A DNA stretch of 64,000 nucleotides, from assembly GCA_050250375.1 (NCBI GenBank), contig JBFWOS010000003.1, forward strand, positions 273,284 through 337,283, in the 5' to 3' direction. A model generated the notes under the pieces. The model had not been told where the DNA came from. It was given only the letters and a program-made list of their open reading frames with translations, and did no database searches. This DNA is from Candidatus Omnitrophota bacterium (lineage in GTDB: Bacteria; Omnitrophota; Gorgyraeia; Zapsychrales; Zapsychraceae). The translations under genes were made by a program, and so were the position numbers. How positions within the stretch are numbered: position 1 is the stretch's first letter; every line of letters begins with the position of its first letter. Shown here piece after piece: positions 46,382-55,484 of the stretch.

Positions 46382-46428
46382 TAACTTGTCAATAGCTAAC
46401 TTCTGCTTTTCTTCAAAATTATCTATTT

Positions 46429-47853
46429 TCAAATCTCTTCCGCCAAATCATCCGGGCGGATTACTTTTAAATTGAGATTTTTCCGGCGGTTGACGTATCC
46501 GTATAATATTCGAAAAACATCCAGGTCAAACCGGCCGTTGCATGGAAACAAATTCTCTTTCTGGTCCATATCATACCGGAAGGCGTTCTGAATGATCCAG
46601 CTATCTATAATAATGACTTCCCCTTTTGTCTTATCCTCATTGTGCTCTTCGATCATGAGCGCCCCATCAAAGGGCCATTCCAATCTCTGTTTTTCCAGGA
46701 ACGCCTCTTTCAGCCGTAAATTATATTTCAAGGAACTTTCCTTTTGTATGCAGGCCCCTTTGCACTGATTAATCTGATAATAAAAGCAGGAATCGTCTGA
46801 TTTTGACTTTTCAAGATTCAGCAAGGTCTTGCACAATTTGTATTCCCTGGCCAGATTTTCCAAATAACGCTGGGTATCGCGTTTGGTCCTAAAAACGGCC
46901 AGAATATTCTTGAGGTCTTCTTTACAGATTTCTTCACGCCCTTCAAAATAAATTTTATGGTATTCCTCTGAATCGTCTAATTTCACAACGGTCAATTGCA
47001 AGTTGCGCCGGGATCGTTTGTTATAAAGCGGAAATTGCGTCTTGATATAATAAGATTCCAATAATAATGCCGCCAATTCACCCTGCGTCTGAACAATGGT
47101 GATCCCGGTCACGTTTCTTGATAAATCAATTTCCTGGTTGGAGTGAAGTGTGTTATTAAAATGAGCCATAATCCGGGTGCGTAAATTTTTGGCCTTGCCG
47201 ATGTAAAGCGGAACTCCTGCCTCATTCAGGAAAAAATATACCCCCGGCAGTTCCGGAATATCATCAATATCTGTTTTTAAGTGCGGCGGAAGGGCTGGTT
47301 GACGGATGATTTCTTCGATGGCCAGCGATTGTTTTTCAAGAGAGGTTTTTTCCTGCACAACCTGAAGGAAACCCCAGACGACTCTGGCATCATCCAGGGC
47401 CCGGTGCCTGTTTTCGACTTCAATCCCGTAGCGCTGCATGATCGATGAAACATCATGCCGTTTGAATTTCGGAAATAATTTCCGTGAAAGTTTAAGGCTG
47501 CAGAGGATCTTAGATTTATACCGGATTCCCAGCCTCTCAAATTCCTGCCGGATAAACCCGTAATCAAAACGGGCGTTATGCGCGACAAAGACAGATCCTT
47601 CCAGAAATTCATAAATTGATTCATGCAGGACGCTGAATGTCGGCGCTTTACCGACCATTTCATTGGTTATCCCCGTCAAGGTTGTAATATTGGCCGGGAT
47701 TTGGCATTGCGGGTCAATCAGGGACTGAAACTCTTCCACCTTTCGGCCGTTGACAACTTTGATCATCCCTATTTCAATGATCCGGTGATTATGATACCGG
47801 CCGCCCGTCGTTTCGATATCCGTAATAACGAGTGGAATTTCATTTAGAGTCAT
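46429..47853 (-). CDS. DnaQ-like 3'-5' exonuclease (DEDDh) fused to a GIY-YIG (UvrC/Cho-like) nuclease domain
   Basis: 474 aa. Exo I VITDIETTG, Exo II FVAHNARFDYGF, Exo III HRALDDAR. Mid-protein GIY-YIG PGVYFFLNEAGVPLYIGKAKNLRTRIMAHF. Architecture as in mycobacterial Cho-like proteins. Confidence 0.8.
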   Translation of the reverse strand: MTLNEIPLVITDIETTGGRYHNHRIIEIGMIKVVNGRKVEEFQSLIDPQCQIPANITTLTGITNEMVGKAPTFSVLHESIYEFLEGSVFVAHNARFDYGFIRQEFERLGIRYKSKILCSLKLSRKLFPKFKRHDVSSIMQRYGIEVENRHRALDDARVVWGFLQVVQEKTSLEKQSLAIEEIIRQPALPPHLKTDIDDIPELPGVYFFLNEAGVPLYIGKAKNLRTRIMAHFNNTLHSNQEIDLSRNVTGITIVQTQGELAALLLESYYIKTQFPLYNKRSRRNLQLTVVKLDDSEEYHKIYFEGREEICKEDLKNILAVFRTKRDTQRYLENLAREYKLCKTLLNLEKSKSDDSCFYYQINQCKGACIQKESSLKYNLRLKEAFLEKQRLEWPFDGALMIEEHNEDKTKGEVIIIDSWIIQNAFRYDMDQKENLFPCNGRFDLDVFRILYGYVNRRKNLNLKVIRPDDLAEEI

Positions 47854-47963
47854 ATACTTCCGTTTGTTTCCTTCAATGATAATAATTAACTTTATTTCAC
47901 GTCAGATAGGCAGGATGAACATACGCGTAGTTATTTAATCAACTGATATTCGCCCTCTTAAAA

Positions 47964-48338
47964 CTATTCCCTGCGGATCGTGTGTTTTTGTCCGTTCTGA
48001 TCGACGTTAACAAACACGATATTTGTCTCAAACAAAACATTGCGGTCGGCCCTTTTTTCCCGGTCATTAAAAACAGTCACCGAATATTTGACCGATGAAT
48101 TCCCCAGCCGGACTTCCCGGACTTCAAAACATAAAATATCTCCGGTCTTAATGGGTTTTCGAAATTCCACATTGTCAAGCGAGACGGTCACAAACCGGTT
48201 ATGCGGATAATCCAGGCAGGCGGTTATATAAGCGAACTCATCAATCCATTTCAATAAATACCCGCCGAATAAAATCCCGTGTTCATTCATAAACTCCGGT
48301 AAAACCAGTATGTGGTGGGTCATCATGTCTGCCGGCAT
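47964..48338 (-). CDS. acyl-CoA thioesterase (hotdog fold, YciA-like)
   Basis: 124 aa. ..MNEHGILFGGYLLKWIDEFAYITA.. is typical of YciA/4HBT-type thioesterases. Confidence 0.75.
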   Translation of the reverse strand: MPADMMTHHILVLPEFMNEHGILFGGYLLKWIDEFAYITACLDYPHNRFVTVSLDNVEFRKPIKTGDILCFEVREVRLGNSSVKYSVTVFNDREKRADRNVLFETNIVFVNVDQNGQKHTIRRE

Positions 48339-48340
48339 AA

Positions 48341-49045
48341 TTAACTCCTTAATGATTGATCAAGTTCAACGGCCATATGGATCTTGGCCTTCAGTTTAAA
48401 ATAAATATAGATTAACAGCGGGATGACAAAAGCCGCGTATAAAGATCCGAATAACGGTGAAATAAGAATCAAAAAATTGTACAACCCATGAATGAATATC
48501 GCCTGCCAGAGTCCGATATTGATCAGCCGTTGTTCTTCCTTTTTATCGATAGAAAATTTGGCCAAGCCGATATAATAGCCCATTGTTCCTGAAGCGACCG
48601 CGTGCAGGGGAACCGCCGTGATCCCGCGGACCACTGCCGTCTCAAAAGAATTCTGAATAACATACATGATATTTTCTATACACGCGAAACCCAGTGACGC
48701 GACGATGGTAAAGATAATCCCGTCGATTATTTTCTGAAAACGGGGACTGTTATAGACAAATATCTTGATAATCGCCAGTTTTATATACTCTTCACATAAT
48801 CCTGCTACGATAAACGCTTCAAAGAAATAAAAATAGAATTTTGACCAATTATAATAAAGATTCAGCCGGCTGATAATTATCTCCAGCGTACATACAGGGA
48901 CGATCGACAAAATTCCGATAAGAAATATCTTTATGATAAGGGCCTTTGACTCAGTCTTGTTCTTAGCCAGCCGGCAAAAATACCAGACCAGAAATATGGC
49001 CGGAATAACGGCCATCAAAAAAGAAACCCAGGTCGACATATACAT
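48341..49045 (-). CDS. PrsW-family intramembrane metalloprotease
   Basis: 234 aa, multi-TM. Contains EEYIK (EExxK), FACIENIMY (FxxxENxxY) and HAVASG (His). Confidence 0.7.
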   Translation of the reverse strand: MYMSTWVSFLMAVIPAIFLVWYFCRLAKNKTESKALIIKIFLIGILSIVPVCTLEIIISRLNLYYNWSKFYFYFFEAFIVAGLCEEYIKLAIIKIFVYNSPRFQKIIDGIIFTIVASLGFACIENIMYVIQNSFETAVVRGITAVPLHAVASGTMGYYIGLAKFSIDKKEEQRLINIGLWQAIFIHGLYNFLILISPLFGSLYAAFVIPLLIYIYFKLKAKIHMAVELDQSLRS

Positions 49046-49205
49046 AAGACGATTAATCTCCTCACCAACTTACGTTGAGATACAGTCTAAAATTTGCCCT
49101 ATTTTAACACAATATTTCAAACGGGATTGAACTATTTATCTGGTGGGTGTATGGCTATTTCTGTGCCGCCGGCAGGGGATCTGCGGGCAACTCTTATCAA
49201 AATCT

Positions 49206-49703
49206 TTATTTCTTCTTCCCCATGTCGGAATCGATGTTTGAAGCCTTCTTGAGCCTGTTTTTCATCTGATAGTCTGAAGTAACGACCGTCTTGCGGCCTT
49301 TGAGGGAGTTGCTTTCTTTTTGCAGACGCCAATTATCCTGGCGATAAGATTCAAGGAGTCTCTCTTTTTTTCTCTTAAATTCTTTTTCAAGCCTGATCTT
49401 GCCGGCCATCATGTCCTCTCCGCCCGTTTGTTCCAGGGCCTCGAGGGCCTCCTCATATTTCTGTTTCAATTCGTCCTTATCCGTCCGGTATTGATCAAAA
49501 ATTTTCGCCTGTTCCTGTTCGATTTCGCTGATTCGCAACCACTTCTTATTCCCGGCTGATGAAGCACTTCCGGGGTCACCTTGGGCAAAAGCGGGGATCA
49601 CTAACGAAAAATAAAGACTGAAAATTAAGACATTAAACCGTTTCATGGCTAAAATTATACTACGATTACGCGTAACCCCAAAGGAAAGATTTTCCCGCGT
49701 CAT
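49206..49703 (-). CDS. secreted coiled-coil/charged hypothetical protein
   Basis: A signal peptide MKRFNVLIFSLYFSLVIPAFAQG starts at the internal Met (~49646), which is the likelier start. The rest is a Lys/Glu-rich helical sequence. Confidence 0.45.
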   Translation of the reverse strand: MTRENLSFGVTRNRSIILAMKRFNVLIFSLYFSLVIPAFAQGDPGSASSAGNKKWLRISEIEQEQAKIFDQYRTDKDELKQKYEEALEALEQTGGEDMMAGKIRLEKEFKRKKERLLESYRQDNWRLQKESNSLKGRKTVVTSDYQMKNRLKKASNIDSDMGKKK

Positions 49704-50581
49704 GGAATGAGGCTATTAATATATATATCTTTTCCAAGCCCTTTTGCCTTTTTAAAATAAGCTCCGGCTTCCGGCTCCCGGCCTTCATCCCTGGCGATAC
49801 AGCCAAGGTAATAATAAGCCACGGCCTGAGCCAAACGGCTTGAATGGGGCTTCAGACTTTCCTCAAGTAGATATCGCGCGACCTGAAGTTCTCCCTTTAA
49901 ATATTTAAAAATGCCGAGATTGGACTGCAAGGCATGAAAAACGGCCCGGTTGTGCCGGGTGGGCTGAAAGGACTTCTCATTAGACTCTATCCATTTCTGG
50001 GCTTCATTCATACGTTTTGCACCCAGCAAATTGGCCAAGTAATTATTGACATAAAGCGCCCGGAAAAGTTTAGGAAGCTTATCGGGATTAATGACCTCGA
50101 GTAATTTAATCGCCTCCTCAAAACGCCCCAGGTAATATAAACCGGCCGTCCGGTTAATCTGATAACAGCGATTCCATGCGCCGCCGGTATAGTTAATCTC
50201 TTTTTCCGTCTCTTCAAGAAATTTTCTAACATCGCCCCGGTCCAGGTAAGCCCTGATTTGATACGACTTCCGGATCATGAAAAACAATTCCAGGCCGCAG
50301 ACCACAATGATAAAAAAGACGCTTGAAAATAAGAAAGCTCCCGGATTAATCCGGCATATCGGCCGTTGGGGGATTAGAAAGATCCCCAGCCCGAAAATCA
50401 AATAAAATACGTATCTTAAGCGTAATTTTGGCATGATGAAATTATTATACAATTCTTCCTCTTTACTTAAAAGAAAGATATGTTGGGTATATTTATGATG
50501 ATAAAATAAATTATTCGGAGCTAACGTGTATGCAAAAAATGATTCCAAAATTAAATGATTCCTTTTTGCACCGGATCCCAT
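49700..50581 (-). CDS. membrane-anchored TPR-repeat protein
   Basis: Two N-terminal TM helices then TPR-like repeats (..AGLYYLGRFEEAIKLLE.., ..AVAYYYLGCIARDEGREPEAGAYFKKA..). The likely true start is the internal MPKLRLRYVFYL.. (~50434), which removes the overlap with the divergent gene. Confidence 0.5.
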   Translation of the reverse strand: MGSGAKRNHLILESFFAYTLAPNNLFYHHKYTQHIFLLSKEEELYNNFIMPKLRLRYVFYLIFGLGIFLIPQRPICRINPGAFLFSSVFFIIVVCGLELFFMIRKSYQIRAYLDRGDVRKFLEETEKEINYTGGAWNRCYQINRTAGLYYLGRFEEAIKLLEVINPDKLPKLFRALYVNNYLANLLGAKRMNEAQKWIESNEKSFQPTRHNRAVFHALQSNLGIFKYLKGELQVARYLLEESLKPHSSRLAQAVAYYYLGCIARDEGREPEAGAYFKKAKGLGKDIYINSLIP

Positions 50582-51429
50582 TGATTGTCTTACTAGTCCT
50601 TTCGGTATCCGGATTTAAATGGGGACATCGTGCGCCCGTCTTTGATTCAATCGTTCCGGTTATCGTCTACGCCAGGGAAATTCCCCGGGCCGATGGCCTG
50701 GTGATTGATTCCGGAAACAATCTTTACATCGCATCCGAAAAATCCCACGGTTATGTATTACGGATCTCCCCTGACGGGCAGCGAAAAACGATCATTAAAA
50801 AACTAGACCGCGCTGACGGGATAACAATTGACGGACAAAAGAATATTTATATTTCCGCGGAAACGACGGACGGCTATATAACCCGGTTAACTCCGGAAGG
50901 AAAATCGACGAAACTGATCACCGGCATCACGAATCCTGAAGGGATTGTCTTTGACTCCCAGCAACGCTTGTACATCGCTGAAGACAGCAAAGAAGGCCGT
51001 ATCCTGCGCTATGAAAACGGCCAGCTTTCGATCCTGGCTGAAGGGTTAAAGCGCCCCGAAGGAATCACGATCGATCGCAAAGACAATCTTTATATCAATG
51101 AAACATTAACCAACAAAATTCTAATCCTTCGCTCCGGTCAAAACATAGAAACATATCTCGAATCTGAAATAATTAAAGAACCGGACGGTATTACCTACTG
51201 TCCTGCGTATGACGGCCTATTCGTGACGGAAGACCAGCACTCCGGCCGTTTATTTTTTATCGACCGTTACAAAAATATCACAACGATCTCAAAGAAGTTA
51301 TCCAGCCCGCAGGGCTTAGCTTGTGACCGGGACGGCAATCTCTTTATCTCCGAACAAGGCAAGAACCGCATTCTAAAGATTTCCGCCATTCACCTTCGTC
51401 CACTTTTAGTGATAAACAACCGCAACTGA
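50530..51429 (+). CDS. SMP-30/gluconolactonase/NHL-type six-bladed beta-propeller protein, secreted or membrane-anchored
   Basis: 299 aa. N-terminal hydrophobic segment, then repeated blades of the pattern ..P.GI..D....LYI.E.. (ADGLVIDSGNNLYIAS; ADGITIDGQKNIYISA; PEGIVFDSQQRLYIAE; PEGITIDRKDNLYINE; PQGLACDRDGNLFISE). Confidence 0.65.
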   Translation: MQKMIPKLNDSFLHRIPLIVLLVLSVSGFKWGHRAPVFDSIVPVIVYAREIPRADGLVIDSGNNLYIASEKSHGYVLRISPDGQRKTIIKKLDRADGITIDGQKNIYISAETTDGYITRLTPEGKSTKLITGITNPEGIVFDSQQRLYIAEDSKEGRILRYENGQLSILAEGLKRPEGITIDRKDNLYINETLTNKILILRSGQNIETYLESEIIKEPDGITYCPAYDGLFVTEDQHSGRLFFIDRYKNITTISKKLSSPQGLACDRDGNLFISEQGKNRILKISAIHLRPLLVINNRN

Positions 51430-51438
51430 TCTACCTGC

Positions 51439-52947
51439 TTATTTCAAATATACCGCGGGGAGGTACGTCTTCCAGAAAGTCCGTTTCCACCACTGGCCGG
51501 TTTCTCTCTTCTCGTCTGGCGAAGTAAATTCATAATAATATAATTTGGCCCGCAGGTATTTGGGAGGAGTCTCTTCGAAAGGATTGTGGGCCAGAAGTTT
51601 AATGACCGTTGGTTCATTCTTGGCCAAACGTTCCAGCATATTCAAAAACCACGGGCTGTGTTGCACATTCCCGCTGAGCGCGGCAAACCACATCTGCCAG
51701 TCGATCCGCGGCTGGAATGGCGCGACCTGCGGCGGACGCCGGTTCAAATCACCGGGTTTGTATTTAAATTCATACGCGTCCCAAAATCTTCCGTCGTGGC
51801 TGCCTTCAATAATGATCTCGGGACGTTTGGTGGTCATCACGGCAAAAAGGCCATATCCGTTGGATAATAAAAACGGGTCGGCCTCCTTTTCAATGCGTTT
51901 TAAAATATCCGGCACCGCTTTGCTCCCCCCCATCATCCGGACCATAATATTCACATTCAGAACACAGACGATCACGGCCACAGAGAAACAGATCCACGTC
52001 TTGATTAAATCAGACCATCGGGGAGGATAAAGGCCGGTCCGTTCCGGCTTGAGACGGGCCATAACCTGGACCGACCAGATCTTCGCAAAAGACTTGTCAT
52101 CGATCAGAAGCACGCACAGGACGATCATGAGCAGATTAAAAAAGCAATAATTCCCCGTGGCCAGGATCAGCCCCTGAAGCCCGACCAGAGGAAAGATGGC
52201 GGCCAGCCGCATGCGCCGGCCCATAAAAATCCAGAACGGGACAAAAATTTCAATCACAAACATCATAAAACACGAAAATTTGTGAAGCCATAACGGTAAA
52301 TGATGAACGTACCAGCTCACCGGATTCGGGATCGGCTGTGTCCAGTAATGATACGTTAACGCCGTTAAATCCCTCCAGGTTTTGTCGTGGCTCATCCATT
52401 TGACGAAACCGGACTGCACCATTACCTTAAACAGAACAATATACAACAACAGCAGGATCACCCGGGGCAGTTTGGATTTAGCCGAACTGAGCCGTAACCC
52501 CCAGGGGCTGAAAAAAATACTTAAGAACCCGATTTCAACCAGCAGGATGTCCCATTGAAAACTCATGAACGCCTGCCCGATATAAATAAAGGAGAGATAA
52601 AGTCCCCAAAGAAAAAAACAGCACACGGCCGGAAGAAAACCGGCCATCAATACAACCGAAAAGGCCATCCCCAGATAACAGGCAAAAATCAAAAATGAAT
52701 CCGACGAATTCAGCCAGAATATCGTCAGCTGTTTTAAATAACAGTCCGGACCAAAATATTCCTGTACCGCCTTGAGATAGTCTTGAACCGGGAGGATCCC
52801 CTCACGGCCCCACAGTCCCTGGGCCTGGAGCAGGAGAGAAAAAAACGCGAGGAAATAAATGCCGCCTAAAAGGCGCAGGAACAGATTGCGGGCGACATAA
52901 AACTGCCTTTTCTCATCATCTTTTTTTTGAACAAAAGTTTCGTCCAT
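51439..52947 (-). CDS. lipase maturation factor (LMF/DUF1222) family membrane protein
   Basis: 502 aa. Multi-TM N-terminal half and a conserved C-terminal domain with ..RIDWQMWFAAL..SPWFLNMLERL.. and ..KLYYYEFT..WWKR.., characteristic of LMF-family proteins. Confidence 0.65.
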   Translation of the reverse strand: MDETFVQKKDDEKRQFYVARNLFLRLLGGIYFLAFFSLLLQAQGLWGREGILPVQDYLKAVQEYFGPDCYLKQLTIFWLNSSDSFLIFACYLGMAFSVVLMAGFLPAVCCFFLWGLYLSFIYIGQAFMSFQWDILLVEIGFLSIFFSPWGLRLSSAKSKLPRVILLLLYIVLFKVMVQSGFVKWMSHDKTWRDLTALTYHYWTQPIPNPVSWYVHHLPLWLHKFSCFMMFVIEIFVPFWIFMGRRMRLAAIFPLVGLQGLILATGNYCFFNLLMIVLCVLLIDDKSFAKIWSVQVMARLKPERTGLYPPRWSDLIKTWICFSVAVIVCVLNVNIMVRMMGGSKAVPDILKRIEKEADPFLLSNGYGLFAVMTTKRPEIIIEGSHDGRFWDAYEFKYKPGDLNRRPPQVAPFQPRIDWQMWFAALSGNVQHSPWFLNMLERLAKNEPTVIKLLAHNPFEETPPKYLRAKLYYYEFTSPDEKRETGQWWKRTFWKTYLPAVYLK

Positions 52948-53053
52948 GAATCTTAACCGTGAGCGGTATCATTATTTTTTAGAAGACATTATAACACACT
53001 CCGCTCGGTTTATTCACCGGGAATCATATTCATACGCATACTCTACTCTGCAC

Positions 53054-53239
53054 CTATTCCTGATCAATGCGTTCAATTCCCCGGACAATTCTCCGGCACA
53101 CCTGTCCTACGGCGTTGATGTCATCATCAACGGAAAGTTTCATCTCTTTCTCAATGGATTGGATGGTTTTCATGGTTGATGCAGAAACGATCTTTGTCGT
53201 GCGCATAACTTCGCGCAAAAAATTGCGGCGTTCAATCAC
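53054..53239 (-). CDS. small hypothetical protein (weak call)
   Basis: 61-aa charged ORF. Competing overlapping plus-strand ORFs (52946-53179, 53067-53267) leave the coding strand unresolved. Confidence 0.25.
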   Translation of the reverse strand: MIERRNFLREVMRTTKIVSASTMKTIQSIEKEMKLSVDDDINAVGQVCRRIVRGIERIDQE

Positions 53240-53327
53240 GACACATACCTCCTTCCGGCAGTTTTGAATTTATTTTCCCAGTTGAATATGAAATACGAAA
53301 GAAATCACGGGAAGTTTTTAATGACGT

Positions 53328-53369
53328 AACGGGCCGACAGAAATCTGACCGATTTCCGGTCGGCCCGTT
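53328..53369 (-). terminator. long perfect hairpin (AACGGGCCGAC ..20 nt.. GTCGGCCCGTT) downstream of gene 53387-53740; putative terminator or attenuator
   Basis: 11-bp perfect GC-rich arms. Lies 18 nt after the stop of the minus-strand gene 53387-53740. No strong U-tract. Confidence 0.4.
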
Positions 53370-53386
53370 GGGTAAGATTGGCGGAA

Positions 53387-53740
53387 TTAAATGCTCAAAG
53401 AAGCTCTTTGTTCATAAGCCCGATCAACCGTAATTTTTGTAATACTGGTGGCCACATGTTCCGTATCCTTTTCTTTATACTTGACCTCAATCCGGTCACC
53501 TTCGGCCAGATCGCTAAAAGCATCCATTTCTCTAAGATCCGTATCTTCGTTCACAACAAAGGTCATTTCCTGGTGACTTGTGCCTTCTTCCGGCTCATGG
53601 ATGATCACGAGTTGGTTGACACCAACGCTTTTAACCATGCCGGCGGCCACCTTATCTGCGGACAAAATCGTCCAGCCCAATAAAACAAGAAAAGCCGCTG
53701 CAATCAAAACAGAAATGGTCATCTTGGATTTTTTCATCAT
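53387..53740 (-). CDS. secreted hypothetical protein
   Basis: 117 aa. Signal peptide MMKKSKMTISVLIAAAFLVLLGWTILSA. No domain recognised. Confidence 0.5.
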   Translation of the reverse strand: MMKKSKMTISVLIAAAFLVLLGWTILSADKVAAGMVKSVGVNQLVIIHEPEEGTSHQEMTFVVNEDTDLREMDAFSDLAEGDRIEVKYKEKDTEHVATSITKITVDRAYEQRASLSI

Positions 53741-53846
53741 TGACCTCCTCTTATTTTCTCATTCCCTTAGTTGAAGGAAATGACAAGACTCGCCATAAAA
53801 AACGGCGGACTTTTTGAAAGACGATTCATGGGCAACCACCCGGAAA

Positions 53847-54059
53847 TTAAAAAATTGAATCTATCGCTTTTCCGGTGAGACGAAACGGAAACGAAATGAC
53901 GTCGCCGACAAAATGAAAAAGACTTCCGACAATGCTGGAACGCTCATCCTCCGGCGGTTGATTGCTGCCTTCCCCGGCACGGGTCACCCCGACAAAAAAT
54001 ACATGAAAGAACAAAACCAGCACAACAAAAAATACCGCTACTCTACATAACTTGTCCAT
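53847..54059 (-). CDS. small hypothetical membrane protein
   Basis: 70 aa, one N-terminal TM helix. Weak call. Confidence 0.3.
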   Translation of the reverse strand: MDKLCRVAVFFVVLVLFFHVFFVGVTRAGEGSNQPPEDERSSIVGSLFHFVGDVISFPFRLTGKAIDSIF

Positions 54060-54215
54060 AATGCCCCCCCTTTCTTACTTCTGGTTTGGCACATCATGCC
54101 ACCGTTATCTAGCCGCATGGTTTCATTATAATTTCTGGAAGGTTAAGAGAAGATTAAAACAATGTTAAATTTTCATCCAAGAGGAATACGCGGGGGGGAA
54201 CTCAAAAAAAGCATG

Positions 54216-54893
54216 TCATTGTCCGGAAGGCCGGATGAGTTTGCCCTGATTATTGTATTTCTGGGTGGAAATGCAAACTCCTTCGACGAATTCCTGTTCA
54301 AGATAAACCTTTCCGTTGGGGTAATAACATTTGCGCGGGCCGTGACGTTTGCCGCGCAGCCAATTCAGCTCTTCAAGCACTTCTCCGGTGCGGTAATAAT
54401 ATTTTCTGAGCCCTTCCATCTTGCCCTGAATGACGTTGACTTCGCTCAGCAGTTCTCCGGTGGTATAAAATTGCCTGAAGACCCCTTCGGTTGAAATGTC
54501 ATCCGATTGACCGGGATCATTATCCTTTGTTCCCGATGGGGTAAACGTCCGGATAAAATCCGTCAGCTTTTCTTCTTCGTCAGTGTTAAGCTCCGTGAAT
54601 TTAATCCCGGTATCAAAACAGCTCATGAAATTCGACGGCCGCTGCCAGACAACTTCACCTTTAGCCTCGATGGGAGTATCATGGCCGAAATGATGGATCC
54701 ACAACCGCAATGTAGTTTGGGGAGGAAGCTGATCGTGCAGATAAATGCAGACACCGCCCAGACTCAGGTCTTTCATAAACGCGACCGTCCTTACCGGATC
54801 GGTCTGGACATACGAATATTCAATAACCGAACCGGAAATACGGTGATGCTGGCGTTGGTCCCGGCTGCTTTTTTCTGGGTTATCAGATGTCAT
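54216..54893 (-). CDS. PilZ-domain protein fused to MORN/YwqK-like repeats
   Basis: 225 aa. PilZ signatures RQHHR (RxxxR) and DLSLGG (DxSxxG). The C-terminal repeats YYTTGELLSEVN.. / YYYRTGEVLEELNW.. / YYPNGKVYLEQEF.. are MORN-type. Confidence 0.65.
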   Translation of the reverse strand: MTSDNPEKSSRDQRQHHRISGSVIEYSYVQTDPVRTVAFMKDLSLGGVCIYLHDQLPPQTTLRLWIHHFGHDTPIEAKGEVVWQRPSNFMSCFDTGIKFTELNTDEEEKLTDFIRTFTPSGTKDNDPGQSDDISTEGVFRQFYTTGELLSEVNVIQGKMEGLRKYYYRTGEVLEELNWLRGKRHGPRKCYYPNGKVYLEQEFVEGVCISTQKYNNQGKLIRPSGQ

Positions 54894-54937
54894 GAATTGA
54901 TTCTAACAAACAGGTTTATAAAGTCAACGCTTTGCGG

Positions 54938-55387
54938 TTAAAGTTCGATCTTCACATCCGTCCTGACCGAATTCGCGATAAAACAATGCGCATGGGCGGA
55001 ATGATGCAGGCGCTCAAGATCCTCTTGCGTCGGAATCTTCTCACCGGAAAAAACAATCTTCGGTTTCAGGACAGCGCGCGCAAGGCTGATCGTTCCGTCC
55101 CCGTCTTTTTCCAGGAAACCGACGGCATCATCGCTGTATTTCTCAACGACCATCCCTTTTTTGGAGGCAATGGCCAGAAACGTCAGCATATGGCAGGATG
55201 AAATCGCCGCGACCAGGGCCTGTTCGGGATCAACACAATCCTCTTTGCCCTTGTATTCAACAGCGGCTGAGGCGTTTATCTTGATCCCGTTTAGAAAATC
55301 CCACTGGTGTTCGCGGTTATAAGAATCGGAATTCATACCTCCGCTGGTGTTGGTCCAACGGATATTGGCTTGGTGTTCAGACATCAT
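54938..55387 (-). CDS. OsmC/Ohr-family peroxiredoxin-like protein
   Basis: 149 aa. The two conserved Cys lie in ..AISSCHMLTF.. and ..HAHCFIANS. Confidence 0.8.
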   Translation of the reverse strand: MMSEHQANIRWTNTSGGMNSDSYNREHQWDFLNGIKINASAAVEYKGKEDCVDPEQALVAAISSCHMLTFLAIASKKGMVVEKYSDDAVGFLEKDGDGTISLARAVLKPKIVFSGEKIPTQEDLERLHHSAHAHCFIANSVRTDVKIEL

Positions 55388-55484
55388 TGATTCCTTTCGA
55401 AAGGTTGTAATGGAAAACTAATATGATTGAAAACGTTTGGTTAAATGTTTGGTGGCCGAAAGCGGTCTGCACACACTTTTACAT

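Noticed and set aside
49132-49332. 66-aa minus ORF in the prsW upstream region
   Set aside because: It overlaps the 3' end of the better-supported secreted coiled-coil gene and has no features of its own.
52946-53267. Overlapping plus-strand ORFs 52946-53179 and 53067-53267
   Set aside because: They mutually overlap with the minus-strand 61-aa ORF. None has motif support. Only one low-confidence call was kept.
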